Made by a program: the position numbers and the translations under genes
Notes under the pieces: model-generated
Databases searched by the model: none
Told to the model about the DNA's origin: nothing
What the model saw: the letters and a program-made list of their open reading frames with translations, nothing else
Shown here: positions 1 to 13,855 of the stretch, in pieces
How the letters are laid out: each line of letters starts with the position of its first letter
Position numbering within the stretch: the stretch's first letter is position 1
Assembly (NCBI RefSeq): GCF_009914755.1
Contig: NC_060939.1
Length of the DNA: 64,000 nt
Origin: the human T2T-CHM13v2.0 reference genome, Homo sapiens
Direction: 5' to 3' (one strand)

Positions 1-228
<228 letters not shown>

Positions 229-1820
229 CTACGTGACTCTCCTCTCTGTGCCCCTGGATATGCAGCACTTGCTCTGGGAGGCCACCAATAACCACAGGAA
301 AAGTTTTATCACTGGGATGAAGACACACTGGAATATACCCATCATTCCAACCAGCTGGGGAGGCAGGGAAGGGAGAGGACCATTTGGGGAAAAGGATATT
401 AACGGTTCCAGCCAACAGAAGTCCCTCATCACCTTTAATTCTCCCAGAGGAAGCCTGTCCAGGTTGAGTTATCTTCTGTGGGAAGGAAAAGTGGCTCTGG
501 CCCTTTTAACCTAACACGGATCATAGAGCAGAGAAAATATAACAGCCCCAAACCACTAAGCACTCTTCAACTAGATTTTCCCAGCCCTGCCAGAGGCAAA
601 TGGAGGCTGCAGCTAAAGGAATGACATGTATATTTTCTGGAGGAAGTGGAAGGCCCACCTGTCAGGCAAAGGCAGTGGGGATCCTCAGGGAGCTGGCAGG
701 GCATCTGCCCATGTGACCTCAGAGGCAGGCCCTGCCCAGGGCAGACAGGCTCAAGAGGTGGCTGCCGAGTCAGGGTTTCTGAGGATGGATAGCCATGCAG
801 TGGGCCAGCACTCAGAGCACGGGGACATTTCATCTCTCCATCATTGACCCACTTGACCGCTGTGCTGGTAAGTTGTTGCAACATATGCATGAAAATTGCA
901 AGTCTCGTAATTCACCCAGATGGTGGAAGTTCCCAAATTGTTCCTTCTCAAGAGACAGCTGTTCCACCGCTGGGCCATATGGCTCCCTTTGCTCCGTACT
1001 CTGCTCTGGGAAATAAACCACTTGCCATGAGCAACTGCGCAGATCTTAGAACCATCTCTTGTTCTTAGCAGGTAATGAAGACCTCCAACAGAGGCGTCCA
1101 CATTGTACCATGCATGGTTTGTACACATGTCAGAAGCTGTGTTTTAAAACTCCATTAAGGTAAATACAGGAAGCTGGTGGGCAAGGCATGCCGGCTTTGC
1201 TTCCTACTCAGGGGTAATGTCTACCATCACAGATTCAGAAAAGGAAGATGCCCAGAAAGTCAGCTAGCCGTTTCTCTGCTTGCAGCAGGGCTAGCCCTCA
1301 CCACACCCAGACAAGCCCCAGAATGCTGGGCTGGAAGTGACCTTGAGAAAAATGCTATTTACCCTCTGACAGAGGCTTGCTTCATTCCAGACACATGGAG
1401 ACAGACAAATCTCACACATATATTTCACCATTTGAGCTGTAAGGTTATTAATCGCTAAGACCTGGGCTTTAGAACCATACTGACCTCCTCAGCGGAAATT
1501 CAAGAACACCGGCTGCCAGAGACCGTTCTTGTCACAGGTAGGCTGGCCCTTCGGACCCCTCTCTGCAGTTCTGAATAATTGTTTCTCTCTGGGACACCTG
1601 TAGGCTGACCCCCAGGACCTTGATGATGCAGATCTAAAATTTCCATCTTTGCTGTCTAGGTGGAAGTGGTACGATCTGTGCGTGTCCTAGAGCAAGCAGA
1701 GCCATGACTAGGCTTCTCCATTCATCAAGCTGAGTTCCTGCACCTCATTTCCATGATGAAGACTAGGAGCTTGGCAATATTTATTTGCTGTTCTCTCTAA
1801 CCATTTTAAACATTTTCTTT

Positions 1821-2127
1821 TTTTTTTTTTTTTTTGAGACAGGGTCTCACTCTGTCGCCCAGGCTGGAGCAGCCATCACAGCTCACTGTAACCTCCAACT
1901 CCTGGGCTCAAGCAATCCTCCTGTCTCAGCCTCCCAAATAGCTGGAACTATAGGCATGCACCACCACAATTAGCTAATTAAAAAAGTTTTTTTTTGTAGA
2001 AACAGGGTCTTTCTCATATCAGATCCCAAGTTGCCTAAGCTGGCCTCAAACTCCTGGCCTCAAGCGATCCTCCTACCTCAGCCTTCCAAAATGCTAGAAT
2101 TACAGGCATGAGCCACCACACCCAGCC
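1821..2127 (-). mobile_element. AluJ with perfect 14-bp TSD
   Basis: Poly-T then gagacagggtctcactctgtcgcccaggctgg...gagccaccacacccagcc. TSD taaacattttcttt at 1807-1820 and 2128-2141. Confidence 0.95.
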
Positions 2128-2280
2128 TAAACATTTTCTTTAGGTAGACAGGGAGGGGTCTTGTCCACCTCCCAACTCTATGCTTATACACCCAGGGTTC
2201 CTTCCCAGAACTGAAAACTTGTTTCCTTTGGCCCTTGGCCTAGCGGTACAGCTTTCTCTGCGTTATCATGCTGTACTGGA

Positions 2281-2432
2281 TAATAAGAGCTGACACTCAG
2301 CACTTACTGTGTGCCACACACTGTTCCAAGCACCTTACATGAATTTATTCACCTAATCTTCCCAAGCCTTTTCACAAGTGGAAAGCACTGTTATTATCCC
2401 CTTTACACAAATGAGGAAACTGAGGCACAGAG
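2281..2432 (-). mobile_element. MIR
   Basis: cacttactgtgtgcca...atgaggaaactgaggcacagag core. Confidence 0.85.
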
Positions 2433-2709
2433 GGAATTAACAATAGGGTTCCCCAGACCAAGTTCCATCCCAGCAGCAAATGAGAACTAGAATAGGAACT
2501 GAGTGGGACAGATGGCTGGATAGGGGATGAGGTGACCGCACACAGTGGGGGTCAGACCGGCAGCTGCAGCCATATCCCATCAGCTAAAATCTGTCCCTCC
2601 TCAACCTCCAGAGATGCCAGACACAGAAGCTTCCAGTGCAGCCTTGGAGCAGCTAAGTCTGCAGGCTACTGGCTATAACGGAATGGTTATTATGAGCGTG
2701 AAAATGACA

Positions 2710-2915
2710 CCAGATGCCTGGGTTTGACTCCCCAGTTCTAGTGCTTCATTCCTGTGTGACCTTGGGCAAGTTACATAACCTCTCTGTGTCTCCATTTTCT
2801 GAGACACAGAGAATTGTCTGAGAATGTTAATAGTACCTACTTCATAGGATTGTGAGGATTAAATGAGTTAGTAATGAGGCCTAGCGTATAGTTTGTGCTA
2901 TGTAAGTGTTAGCTA
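2710..2915 (+). mobile_element. MIR
   Basis: tgtgtgaccttgggcaagttacataacctctctgtg...gaggattaaatgagtt. Confidence 0.85.
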
Positions 2916-3099
2916 TGTTGATGACAGTGGAGGAGGAGGAAGAGGGAAAGAGTAAGAGGAGGATGGGAGAGGAGAAGGCAAAGGAGGAACATGAGGAAGA
3001 GGAGTAGAATATTGTTATTTCTACTGCCAGCCGGTCAAGGTGGGGGTGGTCAGGGGCTGGTGAGGACAAAGCCCCATCATATTCTCTTGTGGCACAGGG

Positions 3100-3475
3100 G
3101 CTGCTACTCCTATTTTGTAGATGAGGAAAGGGAAACTCAGAAAGTAGAACAGCACATCGTAGTCTTTAGCTAGTTAAAGTGCAAGGCAGGGCTGCAACCC
3201 ATGGTCCTTAAGCCTAAGCTAGAGCTTAGACACTTTACAGCACAGACCCCCAGCCAGACGTAGGGGCCCATTCTTTTAAACTTAAGGTCCTGGTGGATTT
3301 CACAGCCGCAGCTTTTTCTGCATCAGTGCCCTGGAAACCCAGCTCCACTGCTTCCTAGCTGTGGGTCCTTCGGCAGGTGATTTCACTCCTCTGAGTCTCA
3401 GCTGTACACATGTAGAGAGTGAAATGCATTACTGCAAAGTCACTGTAAGGATAAAATTAGATAACATGTGTGAAG
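3100..3475. mobile_element. Two MIR fragments (about 3100-3250 minus; 3340-3475 plus)
   Basis: tttgtagatgaggaaagggaaactcag; ctctgagtctcagctgt...gtaaggataaaattagataacatgtg. Confidence 0.6.
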
Positions 3476-5819
3476 GCCTGACACCAAAAATGGGAGCCCC
3501 TCCTTTGTCCCTCCCTCCCTTTGTGAAGGCAAATGTCCTCCAGGAAGGTCTTCATCTAGAATGTGCTCCACATGGGGCTGATGGGTCCCAACAAGCTTCG
3601 CTATCTTGTCTGGAGTTACAGCTTTCACAGTCTGGTCACTGTTAGCTCACCTTTCCCCTCTGCCCACCCCAGCCAAGCAGTTAAGTCTTTAGAAGAAACT
3701 GTGAAGGCCTGTGACAGCCTGTTTGGGGATGCAGTCTAGGAAGAAATGGCCCTGCCCTGGGAAAGCTTAGGAACCTCTTACCCTCTTACCATAGTTACCA
3801 TGAAACTATGTACGTACACCATCTAGAAACAAGCCAAATGGCATTTCCAAGGATGTTTCATGATTCTTTTCTAATCACTTTGCCTCTCTTAAGTTCTTTC
3901 TCTAATTCATTAAGAATGGCAATTGCATTTTTCCATTTTAAACTTTTCCTTTGGTCTTGGGTCTCATTAACTTTGCCCATTGGCTTCAAAATGAGAAAAA
4001 CCTCTGCTCTACAGTCACCACAATTTGAACTCATTTCATAGAAATTCAGAGCTGATAGGTCTTCTTACATTACAGATAAGAAGCTAAGACCCAAGGGAGG
4101 TGGAATCCTGCATCCATTCACACAGCAAGATGATGGCCGAGCAGGTGAATTCCATCTCTGAAAGCCAGGTCAGGGCGCACATCTAACAGCATCATGGGGG
4201 TTTCAAGCCTGAAGCGGGTGGCTCCCTGCTAGAGGCAAAACGCGAGTCCTCTCAACTTGGGTTCAGTGGCCTCCTCCTCCTCCTCTTCCTTGGAGCCAGA
4301 AGCCAGAGTTGGGGAGGCATCTCAGACAACAAATGCTGCTTAGTGCCCGGGTACTGCAGAAACCCCTCCAACCAAAACTGTCCCATCAGGGACCAGATGG
4401 CATTTGACTTTGGGGCTGAAGACCTCAACTAGATTCAAATCTGGCAACCCACAGAGAATGTAGCCCCAAACCTGGATCTTGCCTCAGGAGTTTCCATGCA
4501 GAGATGCAATTAAAAAACGGGGAGCAAAGGAGAAGCATGTGCTCTGATTAGGAAAAACAAGGGCGGCCACTCCTACAAAGCCACAGGGCTCGTCCTAGTG
4601 CTTGCACCTGCTCCTTGATTCTAGGGTCCAGATAGAAGGAGGAGGCCCAAATAAAGGAAAGGAAAAAGCAAGAGGAGGAGGAAGAGAGAGACAGAAAAGG
4701 GAGAAGGAGGCCCTGCCTGGCCTCCCTTCTGCAAGGCCGGGCCCTGCCATGGTCCCCTCCCCAGCATTAATCCTCTAGTAGTGCTTTATATAAGTCCATT
4801 GTGCAAGAAGATTAAAAGGGACAGGCAGAACAAAGCATTGGTCTCCCTAACAAAGGCCCCTCCACTTAGTAAATTAGGAGCTCTTTCTACCTGACACACT
4901 TTTAAAGGGAAATCTTCAATTACTATGTGCTGGCGGGGCAGGGCAACAAAAGGTCTGTCTGGTGACTTTATTCTCAAAGCCCTGAGCAGGCACTGAAATG
5001 GTTTTATGTAATAGAGATACTAATCTAGTCCATATAATTTTGAGAATCCTTTATGGAGGACTGAAGGGTGTTTGAGCCCTGCGGCTGTTTCAGAGAGAAT
5101 TTCTGCAGCTTATGCATTTACCTTGCCAAAAGTTTAGCTGAGCAAACAGAGTCCTCTAAATCACACTTGCTGTTGATTTCCTATCAGGCCTCCGCAGTTT
5201 GTTTGGTGGATGAAGCCCTGTGGATCAACAGAGGCCAAGGCTATAGTCCCTGCACCTGGCCACACCAAAGGGCTAGGGGCTGCCTTTCAGTTGCCGCCAC
5301 TCTGGCTCCCAGATTTGGGAGTTTTCCTCTCTTTCCAGCCAATGCAGGGTAAAGGCAACCAGAGGGGCAGTTCTCTGGCCAGGGGAGGGAGGAGGCCTCC
5401 CTGGCTTCTGCCCTTGGTTCCAGGTCTGCGTCCATTGTGGGAATGAGATTGATGGTGTCATTTGGCTCCCCTTCCCCACCCCATCAGGAGCAAAGAAGCG
5501 ATTCTGGCTCCCTTGGTGACAATTCAGCACCACTGCTGCTTAAAAAGGGAAAGGAGAAAGGAGATGGGAAACAATGATGGGGAAGGTGACTCTCAGGAGA
5601 GTCTAGGGAGAAGTGAAGGCACAGCCTCTTCGAACATGCCAGCGTGCAGTTATGCACTTGGTACATAGGTTACTGGGGGCTTTTTCATGGACAGACATGT
5701 AATATACACATACAGCAAGTAATACATGCAGAACATACGGGTGCACACATGTGTAGGGGGAGCATTTTACACACAGCAAAACCCAGCTCTCAATATACAT
5801 GTGTGTATGCAATAATAAA

Positions 5820-6040
5820 CGCCATCACTTCCATAGCACCTTCCACATGCCTGGCACCATTCTGAGCTCTTTACATACCGTCACTTACTTAATCTTCCCA
5901 ATGAGGCCACAAGGAAGGTACTATTGCTACCCTTGTTTACAGGTGAGTAAACTGAGGCACAGAGAAGCTAAGTAATTTGCCCAGAGTCACACAGGCAGTA
6001 GGCAGCAGTCTGGCTCTAGGGTCTATGCTGTTAACCTTGA
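5820..6040 (-). mobile_element. MIR
   Basis: ttacaggtgagtaaactgaggcacagagaagctaagtaatttgcccagagtcacac. Confidence 0.85.
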
Positions 6041-6439
6041 TATCAGCTGGTATAACACGCCTGCACAGACATCCCTCACGTGGATTGGGAGCAGCCTCCA
6101 CACATGCAGACTCACAATCCCATATGCACCACGTGGACACACAGCCAGACATCAGAGCAGATATGCCCCTTCCTCAGAGGTCCAGACATATCACATCTGC
6201 AGCGTCAAATGAGGGATTCCAGTTCAACTAAGACTAGGGTAAAGGACACTGAATGGTAAAATATTAAAATATTCCTCTTCTCATTGGTAAATGGTTGCTT
6301 ACCCTTCCAAGACCCCCACCTTCCTATCATCCAGCAACTACAGGGTTAACAGCTAGCCACACAGGGGACCTCCAGGACCTATTCCATTCTAACTTCGTGA
6401 TAGGGGTGCCAAGCCTGTAGTTCAATGTTTATATTCCTA

Positions 6440-6451
6440 CCCCCCCCCCCC
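6440..6451. repeat. C12 homopolymer (G12 in the pre-mRNA)
   Basis: Read directly. Confidence 0.9.
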
Positions 6452-7719
6452 AGGTATAGACAGGGAGGGGATGGTGGGATGTGTGCCTGCAACGAGGGAC
6501 CCTGCTCCTAGGCTCTCCACTGGGCTTGGCCACTGTCAGGTCAGCACAGCGTAAGGAGTGTCCAGCTCCCCAGCCAGTCCCCACCCCGCCTACTTGATGG
6601 ACAGCTGAGCAAGGCTCTTGAAAGACAGGTCTCCAAAGACATTGAAGTAGCTACTGGGAGGCAGTGGGAGGCTCTGAGCTTGCATTGTCACCCTCACTGG
6701 GGCCACTCAGCAGCCCTCACTGAAGAGCAAGCATTAGAGGAGATTTGGGGACCGGCATGCCCATTGTCCACAAAAGCCCATTAGTGGCCAGGAGGGAGGA
6801 AGGCGCTCAGCAAACCAGGAGGCACTGCATGAGGAGCTCCGTCCCTCCCACGTCCCTCCAGTCACTGCTGCCCTACGTCCTGGAAGCTCAGCTTCTAACT
6901 CAGAGGTGGCCTCCTGGGTTCTGCGACAGTAAGCTCAGTCCCCACAGAGCCCCAGAGCAGGGTTCCCAGACTCTTCACACACATGGGACATGGGTACAGA
7001 TACCAGAATTCTGGGAGAAGCTTTGGGAACCTGAGGTCCTGGAGGGGAGGATAAAAGAGGAGAGGAGCAGCCCTCAGACCAGGGACCTGTCTGAAGCAGG
7101 CCACCCTCCACTCTGGACTCTCAGGCCCTGCCCAGAGACTACTCCTTTGGGTATCCCTTGAGTGTCCCCTGGAAAAGCCAGCCCACTCATCCTTGTCATC
7201 AACCAGCCTGCACGTTCCAGCACTGGGCCCTACAGATACAGAGGGGTCCCACATTCTGGGCCCTCAGGAGCTCATGGCCAGTGAGAGAAACAATAAACAC
7301 ATTGACAATGGGACCTGGAGTGAAAGGGGCTGCAATCAAGACAGGGCCGGGGCTGGGTAGGGAGGTGTCGAGTGGGGCTCCCAGAGAATGTTAGGCTCCA
7401 CACTGAGTTTTCAAGGACCAGTATGCAAAAACTGCAAGAGCAGGATGGGGGTTCAAGGAGGCGAGGGCAGCCTGCACGAAGCCCCAGGGAATGAGAGAAT
7501 GTGGAGAACTCAGGCAGCTGGGTGGGATGCAGAGGCTCAGCAGTGAGGTAACGGGACGTTGAGGAGCAAGACAGAGAATCACGAGTGTCATGTGAAGGAC
7601 CCTGCGGAACGCACCTGGAGTGGGCAGCCCTGGACGGAGAGGAAGAAAATGCCAGAAACCACAGCAGTGGGGCAAGGCAGGAATAGAGTGGATTGAAGGT
7701 GCCTCCAATTTTCCAAGGC

Positions 7720-8140
7720 TATTTTCTGAGCCCCTACTATGTGCCTGGCACATCATGACCCACTGTAGACTCTACAGTGATCTGTGTTGAGTGTATAGTT
7801 CCATTGAGGAGACAGAAATTTTAAAAATGTATATTCTATGCCAGGTAGTGATAGTGCAAAGAAAAAAACAAAACAAAACAAAACAGGCTAAGAGGGTATA
7901 GAAAGATGTCAGGGAGGAGGCCGCCATTGCAGACGGGGCGGTCAGGGAAGCCTCTCTGAAACACAGTATTTGAGTGAAATGAGGGACGGGCCATCTGGTG
8001 CCGTGTGGCTATCTGGGGAAGAGCATTCCGGGCAGAGGGAACAGGAACTGCCAAGGCTTCCTGTGTACAGGAGGAGCCAGGAGGCCAGCGTGGGAGGCAC
8101 AGAGTCAGCTGGGGCCAGGCTATGTGGGGCTTGCAGCATC
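7720..8140 (-). mobile_element. L2 (L2a-like) 3' region
   Basis: ctactatgtgcctggcac...gtcagggaagcctctctga...ggggaagagcattccgggcagagggaacag. Confidence 0.8.
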
Positions 8141-8829
8141 AAGCAGCTAACGCCCAACAAGGACCAGACATCCAAGGTATGAATTCAGAAGATCAAAAGG
8201 GGGCCATTGGCAAGTTCCCGTAGAGAAACTGGCGCTTAGACTGGGCACAGGGTAGCCACTTCATGGGCTTCAGCTGGCCCAGGAAAACCCAGGAAGAGAG
8301 CTTACATAAATGCCTGACTGCTTCTGACACAACCAAAGGCTTCCCTTCAGAGGCCGCCCGGTGCAGATGGCAGAGGCTTAATTACATCCACAGCTGGTGA
8401 TTAAGAAGCGATGCCTCAATCCTCCCACGGCTGTATCAGCACGAGGGGCCCTGCTGGCGCTCACTGAGGGTGGAGGAAAGTCCTGCCAGAGAAAGCTAGA
8501 GCTTGGCCAGCAAAACCCAGCCGCCAGACCCCAGGTCTTCATCCCCTTGACCAAGTCCTTGAACACAGCCATCCATGGCTCACCCATCCCTGCACACCCC
8601 CCATAACTTGCCTTTCACCACCTTCACTGGTGGTCCATGCTGCTGCCCCCAGAGCAACCACTCCCTGATACCACCTCACGGCATCGCTTGCTACTTAAAC
8701 CCCTTGTTGACCTCATGAGATTGTCCGGGCAGTGTCCTGACCCCTCTGCTGTCTCCCACGTCTCGCCTTTGCTCATGCTGCCCCTCTGCCAGACGAGGCC
8801 CTCCCTCACAAAAGTAAACCAAGAACAAT

Positions 8830-9070
8830 AGCTAAGTTTTACTGAGCTCTTCACATGCCAGGCCCTCTACTAAATGCTTTATTTGTAGCAACTCATTGAA
8901 TCTTCACAACAGCCCGAAGAGGTAGTTACCCAATGGGACTCTGTTTTACAGATGAGAAAGCCGAGGTATGGAGAGGCAAAACAACGTGCTCGGGGGCACA
9001 CAGCTAGCAGAGGAAGTGAGTGGAGTCACTCTCCGGCCGGCTGAGGTCTGAAGCTCCATCTTACCCACTG
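8830..9070 (-). mobile_element. MIR
   Basis: aatcttcacaacagccc...ttttacagatgagaaagccgagg. Confidence 0.8.
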
Positions 9071-9079
9071 CCCATCTCT

Positions 9080-10020
9080 TGTTCTCCTGGTGAATTCCTA
9101 CTCATCTTTCAGACTCAGCTCAAAACTCACCTCCCTGAAGGGGTCTTCCTTGACCCCCATTCCTTCCATCCCTAGATAAAGCTAGTTGCCTCTCCCTAAG
9201 AGGTCTCTCAGTATTTGTGGTATGAGTCTATTTCACTCACTCACTAAATTCAGTGGTTTATCAGTACTCAGGGCTGGACACCGTGCCTGGCCCTGGGGAA
9301 AGCCTTGCAGAGACTTGATCCCTCTGCCTCAGGAACTCACTTCTGAGTGAGAGAGATGGACAGGCACAGCAGCTTCACAACCAGCAGGACAAGGGTGCAG
9401 AGGGGCCCCGGGGTGGCAGGGCCAAGGGAGAGACAGGATGGTGGGTACAGAGTACTTGTACCAACCACCGTGTGGCTCCCAAACAGGCGGAGTTCCAGGG
9501 TGGAACAGGAGGAATCCAACATAGGCATTAACAGAAGGGGGAATCCAGACAGACCACCAGGCATTGTGGGTGCCCAGACCATGAATTCACTCTTTCAACA
9601 ATTATTTATTGAGGGCCTGACAAGCACTAACAAGTGGACAAGGACAAATCTTTGGTAGTTACATTTCTCATTGCAAATGAATTAATTGGTATCAGGGTTA
9701 AGCATCCGTATTTATGAGTTTGGTCAGTGTGAATCATCACCTGGGTCTCAGCTACTCTGAACATTCTAAATCAATGTTCTAAGCCCACGGACTGGGGACC
9801 AGACCACGGTGGCTGCATTAACTTTGACCTCTCAGTGGGGCTCTGTCGGGGGTGGACGGGCAGCTATGCCTTCCTTGCCTCCCTATTTAAACTGTGCTTA
9901 TCCTTCTGTGATGGCATCTCTCCCGCTAGACCATGTGCTTCTTATTCATCTCTGCATCCCCAGGACCTAGTAGTACCTGCAAGGCATAGATATCTAATAA
10001 TAATAAATGGTGATGGATGG
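9080..10020. mobile_element. Cluster of short L2 fragments in both orientations
   Basis: tcctactcatctttcagactcagctcaaa (+); ttcactctttcaacaattatttattgag (-); tctctgcatccccaggacctag...taataaatgg (+). Confidence 0.55.
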
Positions 10021-10409
10021 ATGTTGTTCTTCTAGGCAGCAAAGCTCAGCACCAGGTGTTGGTGACCCAAGAGAGTGGTGTCAACACTGTTTCTGGTGAT
10101 GGCAGCAGGCAAGACTCCTTGGGGAGCCTCTTAGAGGTTTAGCAGGGAGTTTTTACCTAGCAGCTAGGGAGAGGCTGAGTTTCAGACAGGCCCCACCATG
10201 CTGCTTACACATATGCCCTTTCCTCCACCCCCCATGCCCTCTTGGCACCTTGATCCTGGCACCTGTTAGGACCCACACCTTAGCAAAAATTTGAGCTCAA
10301 ACCAGTATAGCTTCAGTCCCCTCCTCCCCCTCCAAACCTCCTCCCCTGCCCTCTTGACTGACCCCACTTCTCTCTTCTGGCCACAGGTTTCTCCTACTCA
10401 GAGAAAACC

Positions 10410-10600
10410 CACTGTAGGAGGGGAAAGTACAGGATTTAAAGTCGCACTCATCTGAAATCTGGGCCTGCCACTTATCCATGTGGACAAGTCACTTAGCCTC
10501 TCTGAGCTTCAGTTTTCTGTCCTGTAAAAGGGCAGTAACAATAATGCTCACTTCTCCAGTCTACTGAGCAGATGATATACTGCAGGTGAAAGCGCCGGCT
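10410..10600 (+). mobile_element. MIR
   Basis: ggacaagtcacttagcctctctgagcttcagttttctgtcctgtaaaagg. Confidence 0.8.
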
Positions 10601-11119
10601 AAACCACCAGACATTACACAATTGTCATTATTATGGTCGAAAGTTAGCAATCGCTCCAAGAAGGCATTGAATTAAATGTCACAGGGGTTGGTTATAAAGC
10701 CCCCATTCCACTTCTCTCTGTAAAACAGAGTCAGTTCCAGTGATATGGAGAAAGTGCTAATGCAGCTCCTCATGCTACAAAAGTGCTCCCAAAATACAGT
10801 AAAAATATGTTTAAATGCATAGCTGAGCTCTAAGGAGAGCACGGTAAATTTCTAAGTGTTGGGGAAAGGGGGAGTTTATAGGAGAGCAGAATGTGAGATG
10901 CTGAAGCCAAGGTAGCTCAGGGAACATTAGACCTGGCTACAGCCACCACCCCCCACCCCCAGCGCAGGCTGGGAGCCAGGGACTTCATACCCACTCAAGG
11001 GCAGACTTGGCCTTGGAAGTCGCCAGCTCCATGTAGGGGGGATTTGAACATGCTACCCACCAACCTAGAGATAAACAAGGTATTCTGGATGGAGAAAAAA
11101 AGTCTCCCACAAGAAACAA

Positions 11120-11285
11120 AAAGCCAGGATAGGGGAACAGGCAGTGACTGCTGAATGGGTATGGGGTCTCCTTTAGGGGTGATTAGATAGAGGTGATATT
11201 TGCACATCGTGAATATACTAAATGCCACTGAATTGCACACTTTAAAATGATTTTATGGTATGTGAAATTCACATCAATTAAGAGA
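11120..11285 (+). mobile_element. Old L1 (L1MB/MC-like) 3' end
   Basis: gtgaatatactaaatgccactgaattgcacactttaaaatg...tatgtgaa. Confidence 0.8.
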
Positions 11286-11479
11286 AAAAACACCCCAAGC
11301 CTTTACCAAACACAGCATAAAATCCCAAATCAGGCTACCAAAGTAAAGGGTGATCTTGAACCGGGGGAAACCATTAGAGTGCCCGACAAGAAAATGTAAA
11401 ACTAATGTGTAGGGCCGCTGAACAATTTGGGGCATAAGGGAGGGAAGAAAGGGCTAATAGTTAAAAAAAAAAAAAAAAA

Positions 11480-12430
11480 AGTACAACCTGTACAAGGAAA
11501 CAATCTGCCATAATGGAGAATCAGCAGGCTCCATGAACAGGAGAATTGATACTCTAGGAACTTGAGCTAATAGAACTAATCGCTCGAGATAAAACTATCT
11601 GAAAGAGACTATAAAAGAAATATGTTTAAAATAATTAAAGCAATAAAAGAAGGAATGGAATTCATAATGAAAGAATAGGACACGACAGAAAAAGCACAAC
11701 ATATCCGAAAAAGAACCAATGGCACTCCTAGAAATGAAAAAAGAAACTGAAATTAAGACCACACCAGACAGGTTAATTAGCAGAACCACAGCATCTAATA
11801 AATGGATCTAAGGAAAATGTCCAAGGTGCAGCATGGAGAGATAAAGAGACTGAAAATGAGAACTTAGGAGAGACAGAAGATGGAATACGAGGATCCAACA
11901 TATTGGAGCTCCAACAGGAGAAATTAAGAGAATGGAAGAAAGGAGATTTTTGAAGAGGTGTGGTTGGCAATTTTCCAGAATTGATGAAGGACATGAATCC
12001 TTAGCTCAAAGATGATATATACCTCTGAGAAGCAAAGAGTATAAAACAAACAAATAAAAACCCCCAGAAACTCCACACCCAGACACATCCTAGGGAAACT
12101 GCAGGGCAGGCAGTGCAAGACAAAGTCCAGAACACAATGGAACACCACTTCTCAAACTGTTGGAAGAAAATGACTGAAAGCCTAGAATGTCACAGGCAGC
12201 TTAACTATCATTCAAGAGCAAAGGCAAAATCAAAGCATAAGACAAATAAAGCATAGGAGCATTGGTAACTCATAGACCTTCCCTGAAAGAACTAAAGAAC
12301 TTTCAAGAAGAATGAGGCTGAACCTAGGAGAGTGATGCAAGAGATGATGAGCAAAGGAATTAGGAAACATAGGAATTCGATTTAAATTTAAACAATAATT
12401 GTGCAAAGCAACAGCAATAATGAAACAGGA
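11480..12430 (+). mobile_element. Old L1M ORF1-region relic
   Basis: A-rich; aattttccagaattgatgaaggacatgaatcct and cctagaat...aactatcattcaagagcaaaggcaaaat resemble degenerate L1 ORF1. Confidence 0.75.
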
Positions 12431-12449
12431 GTACATAATTTGGCATAGA

Positions 12450-13000
12450 GTTGACGTGTCGAATTTACTGAATTAAATCTTACACTGCCTGACCCCCTGC
12501 CCAACCCCCCACCAGAATCCTCTCCCCTCAACCAGAGTCCACCCGTGAGGCCAGTCTCCCAGACCCTCAGCTGCTGGCTCCCTCGGACACCATGTGCAGA
12601 CCACCTCCTAGGGTTGGCACAGTCCCTTTCCCTGGGGACAACCTATGCTCCCCAAGCCAGCCGGGCCCATCAGCTGCATACGTGCCTGGAGTTTCTGGTG
12701 GATCCCTCCACTTCTGGATTTCCTGAAAACCATACTGCAGAGGGTGGCCTCTGGCATTCCAAGCCACCACTGAAAGGGCCAGAAGATTTCACCTGGAAGC
12801 TTGAGGGAGTTCATTTGCCGGGGGGAAACTATGTCGACCAAAAGGAAACAGGAGACGGGGAATTGGGCAGATAGACTCCCCCTCCTTGCCCGCTGCAGTG
12901 AGGCATGCTTTCTCCCTGCTGCCGCCCGCAGCAGAAGCCCTGAGTACTTAGGGGATGCACCTGCTGGGCCTCTTTGTAACAGATTCGCAAACTGAGTCAG
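12450..13000 (+). mobile_element. Probable ERVL-class LTR relic (LTR33/LTR16-like)
   Basis: cacctggaagcttgagggagtt...gaccaaaaggaaacaggag...gcagatagactcccc resembles the recalled LTR33 core. Confidence 0.4.
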
Positions 13001-13012
13001 TAAAGAAACCCT

Positions 13013-13298
<286 letters not shown>

Positions 13299-13299
13299 C

Positions 13300-13482
13300 T
13301 AGTGGTTCTCAAGTGTAGTTCCCATCCATCAGGATCACCTGGGAACTTGTTAGAAATGCAAATTCTTGGGCCCCACCTCAAATCTTCTGAATCAGAGACT
13401 CTGGGACTGGGGCCCAGCAGTCTGTGGTATAACAAGTCCCCCAGGTGATTCTGGTTCGGCAGCTCACGTTTGAGAACCGCTG
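13300..13482 (+). mobile_element. MER5A (hAT-Charlie MITE), near full length
   Basis: TIRs agtggttctcaa / ttgagaaccgct; internal acctgggaacttgttagaaatgcaaattct...gaatcagagactctggg. Confidence 0.9.
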
Positions 13483-13584
13483 GAGTCAAGCACACAGAAC
13501 CTGTCTCATATTGTTATTAAGTGCTTACCAAAGATACATTCGAATGAGTTGTGGTTTGTGAGCACCGTGGCCATCTGTGTGGGA

Positions 13585-13855
13585 CTTGTGATAGCAACTA
13601 ATACTGCTCACTAAATGTTTCTGACCCTCTCTGCCTTCAAGACTAATTAGAGCCCTCTTCTCTCTGCCACAGCAACTAGCAACATTCCAGAGAGTTGCTG
13701 CTCCATCAGCCTAGGACCTGGGGTGAGGCTGACAAGGAGCAGGCCTTAGCTAGCCCACGGCGGACACCTAATATGAAGAAGAAATTAAACTTCACTGTTT
13801 CAAGCCACTGGGATTTGGACGTTGTCTGTTACCGCAGCAAAACTCAGTATGCTCA
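13585..13855 (+). mobile_element. MaLR LTR (MLT1I/J-like)
   Basis: tgctccatcagcctagg...aaattaaacttcactgtttcaagccactgggatttgg...ttaccgcagca. Confidence 0.7.

Noticed and set aside
860-1165. Three plus-strand donor-like sites (CTG|gtaagt 868, CAG|gtaatg 1072, AAG|gtaaat 1160)
   Set aside because: No convincing matching acceptors or coding signal; donor-like 9-mers are common by chance.
2281-3475. Inverted MIR pairs as dsRNA or hairpin elements (also 16170-16540 and 34280-34590)
   Set aside because: MIRs are too diverged for stable pairing, and such pairs are expected at this MIR density.
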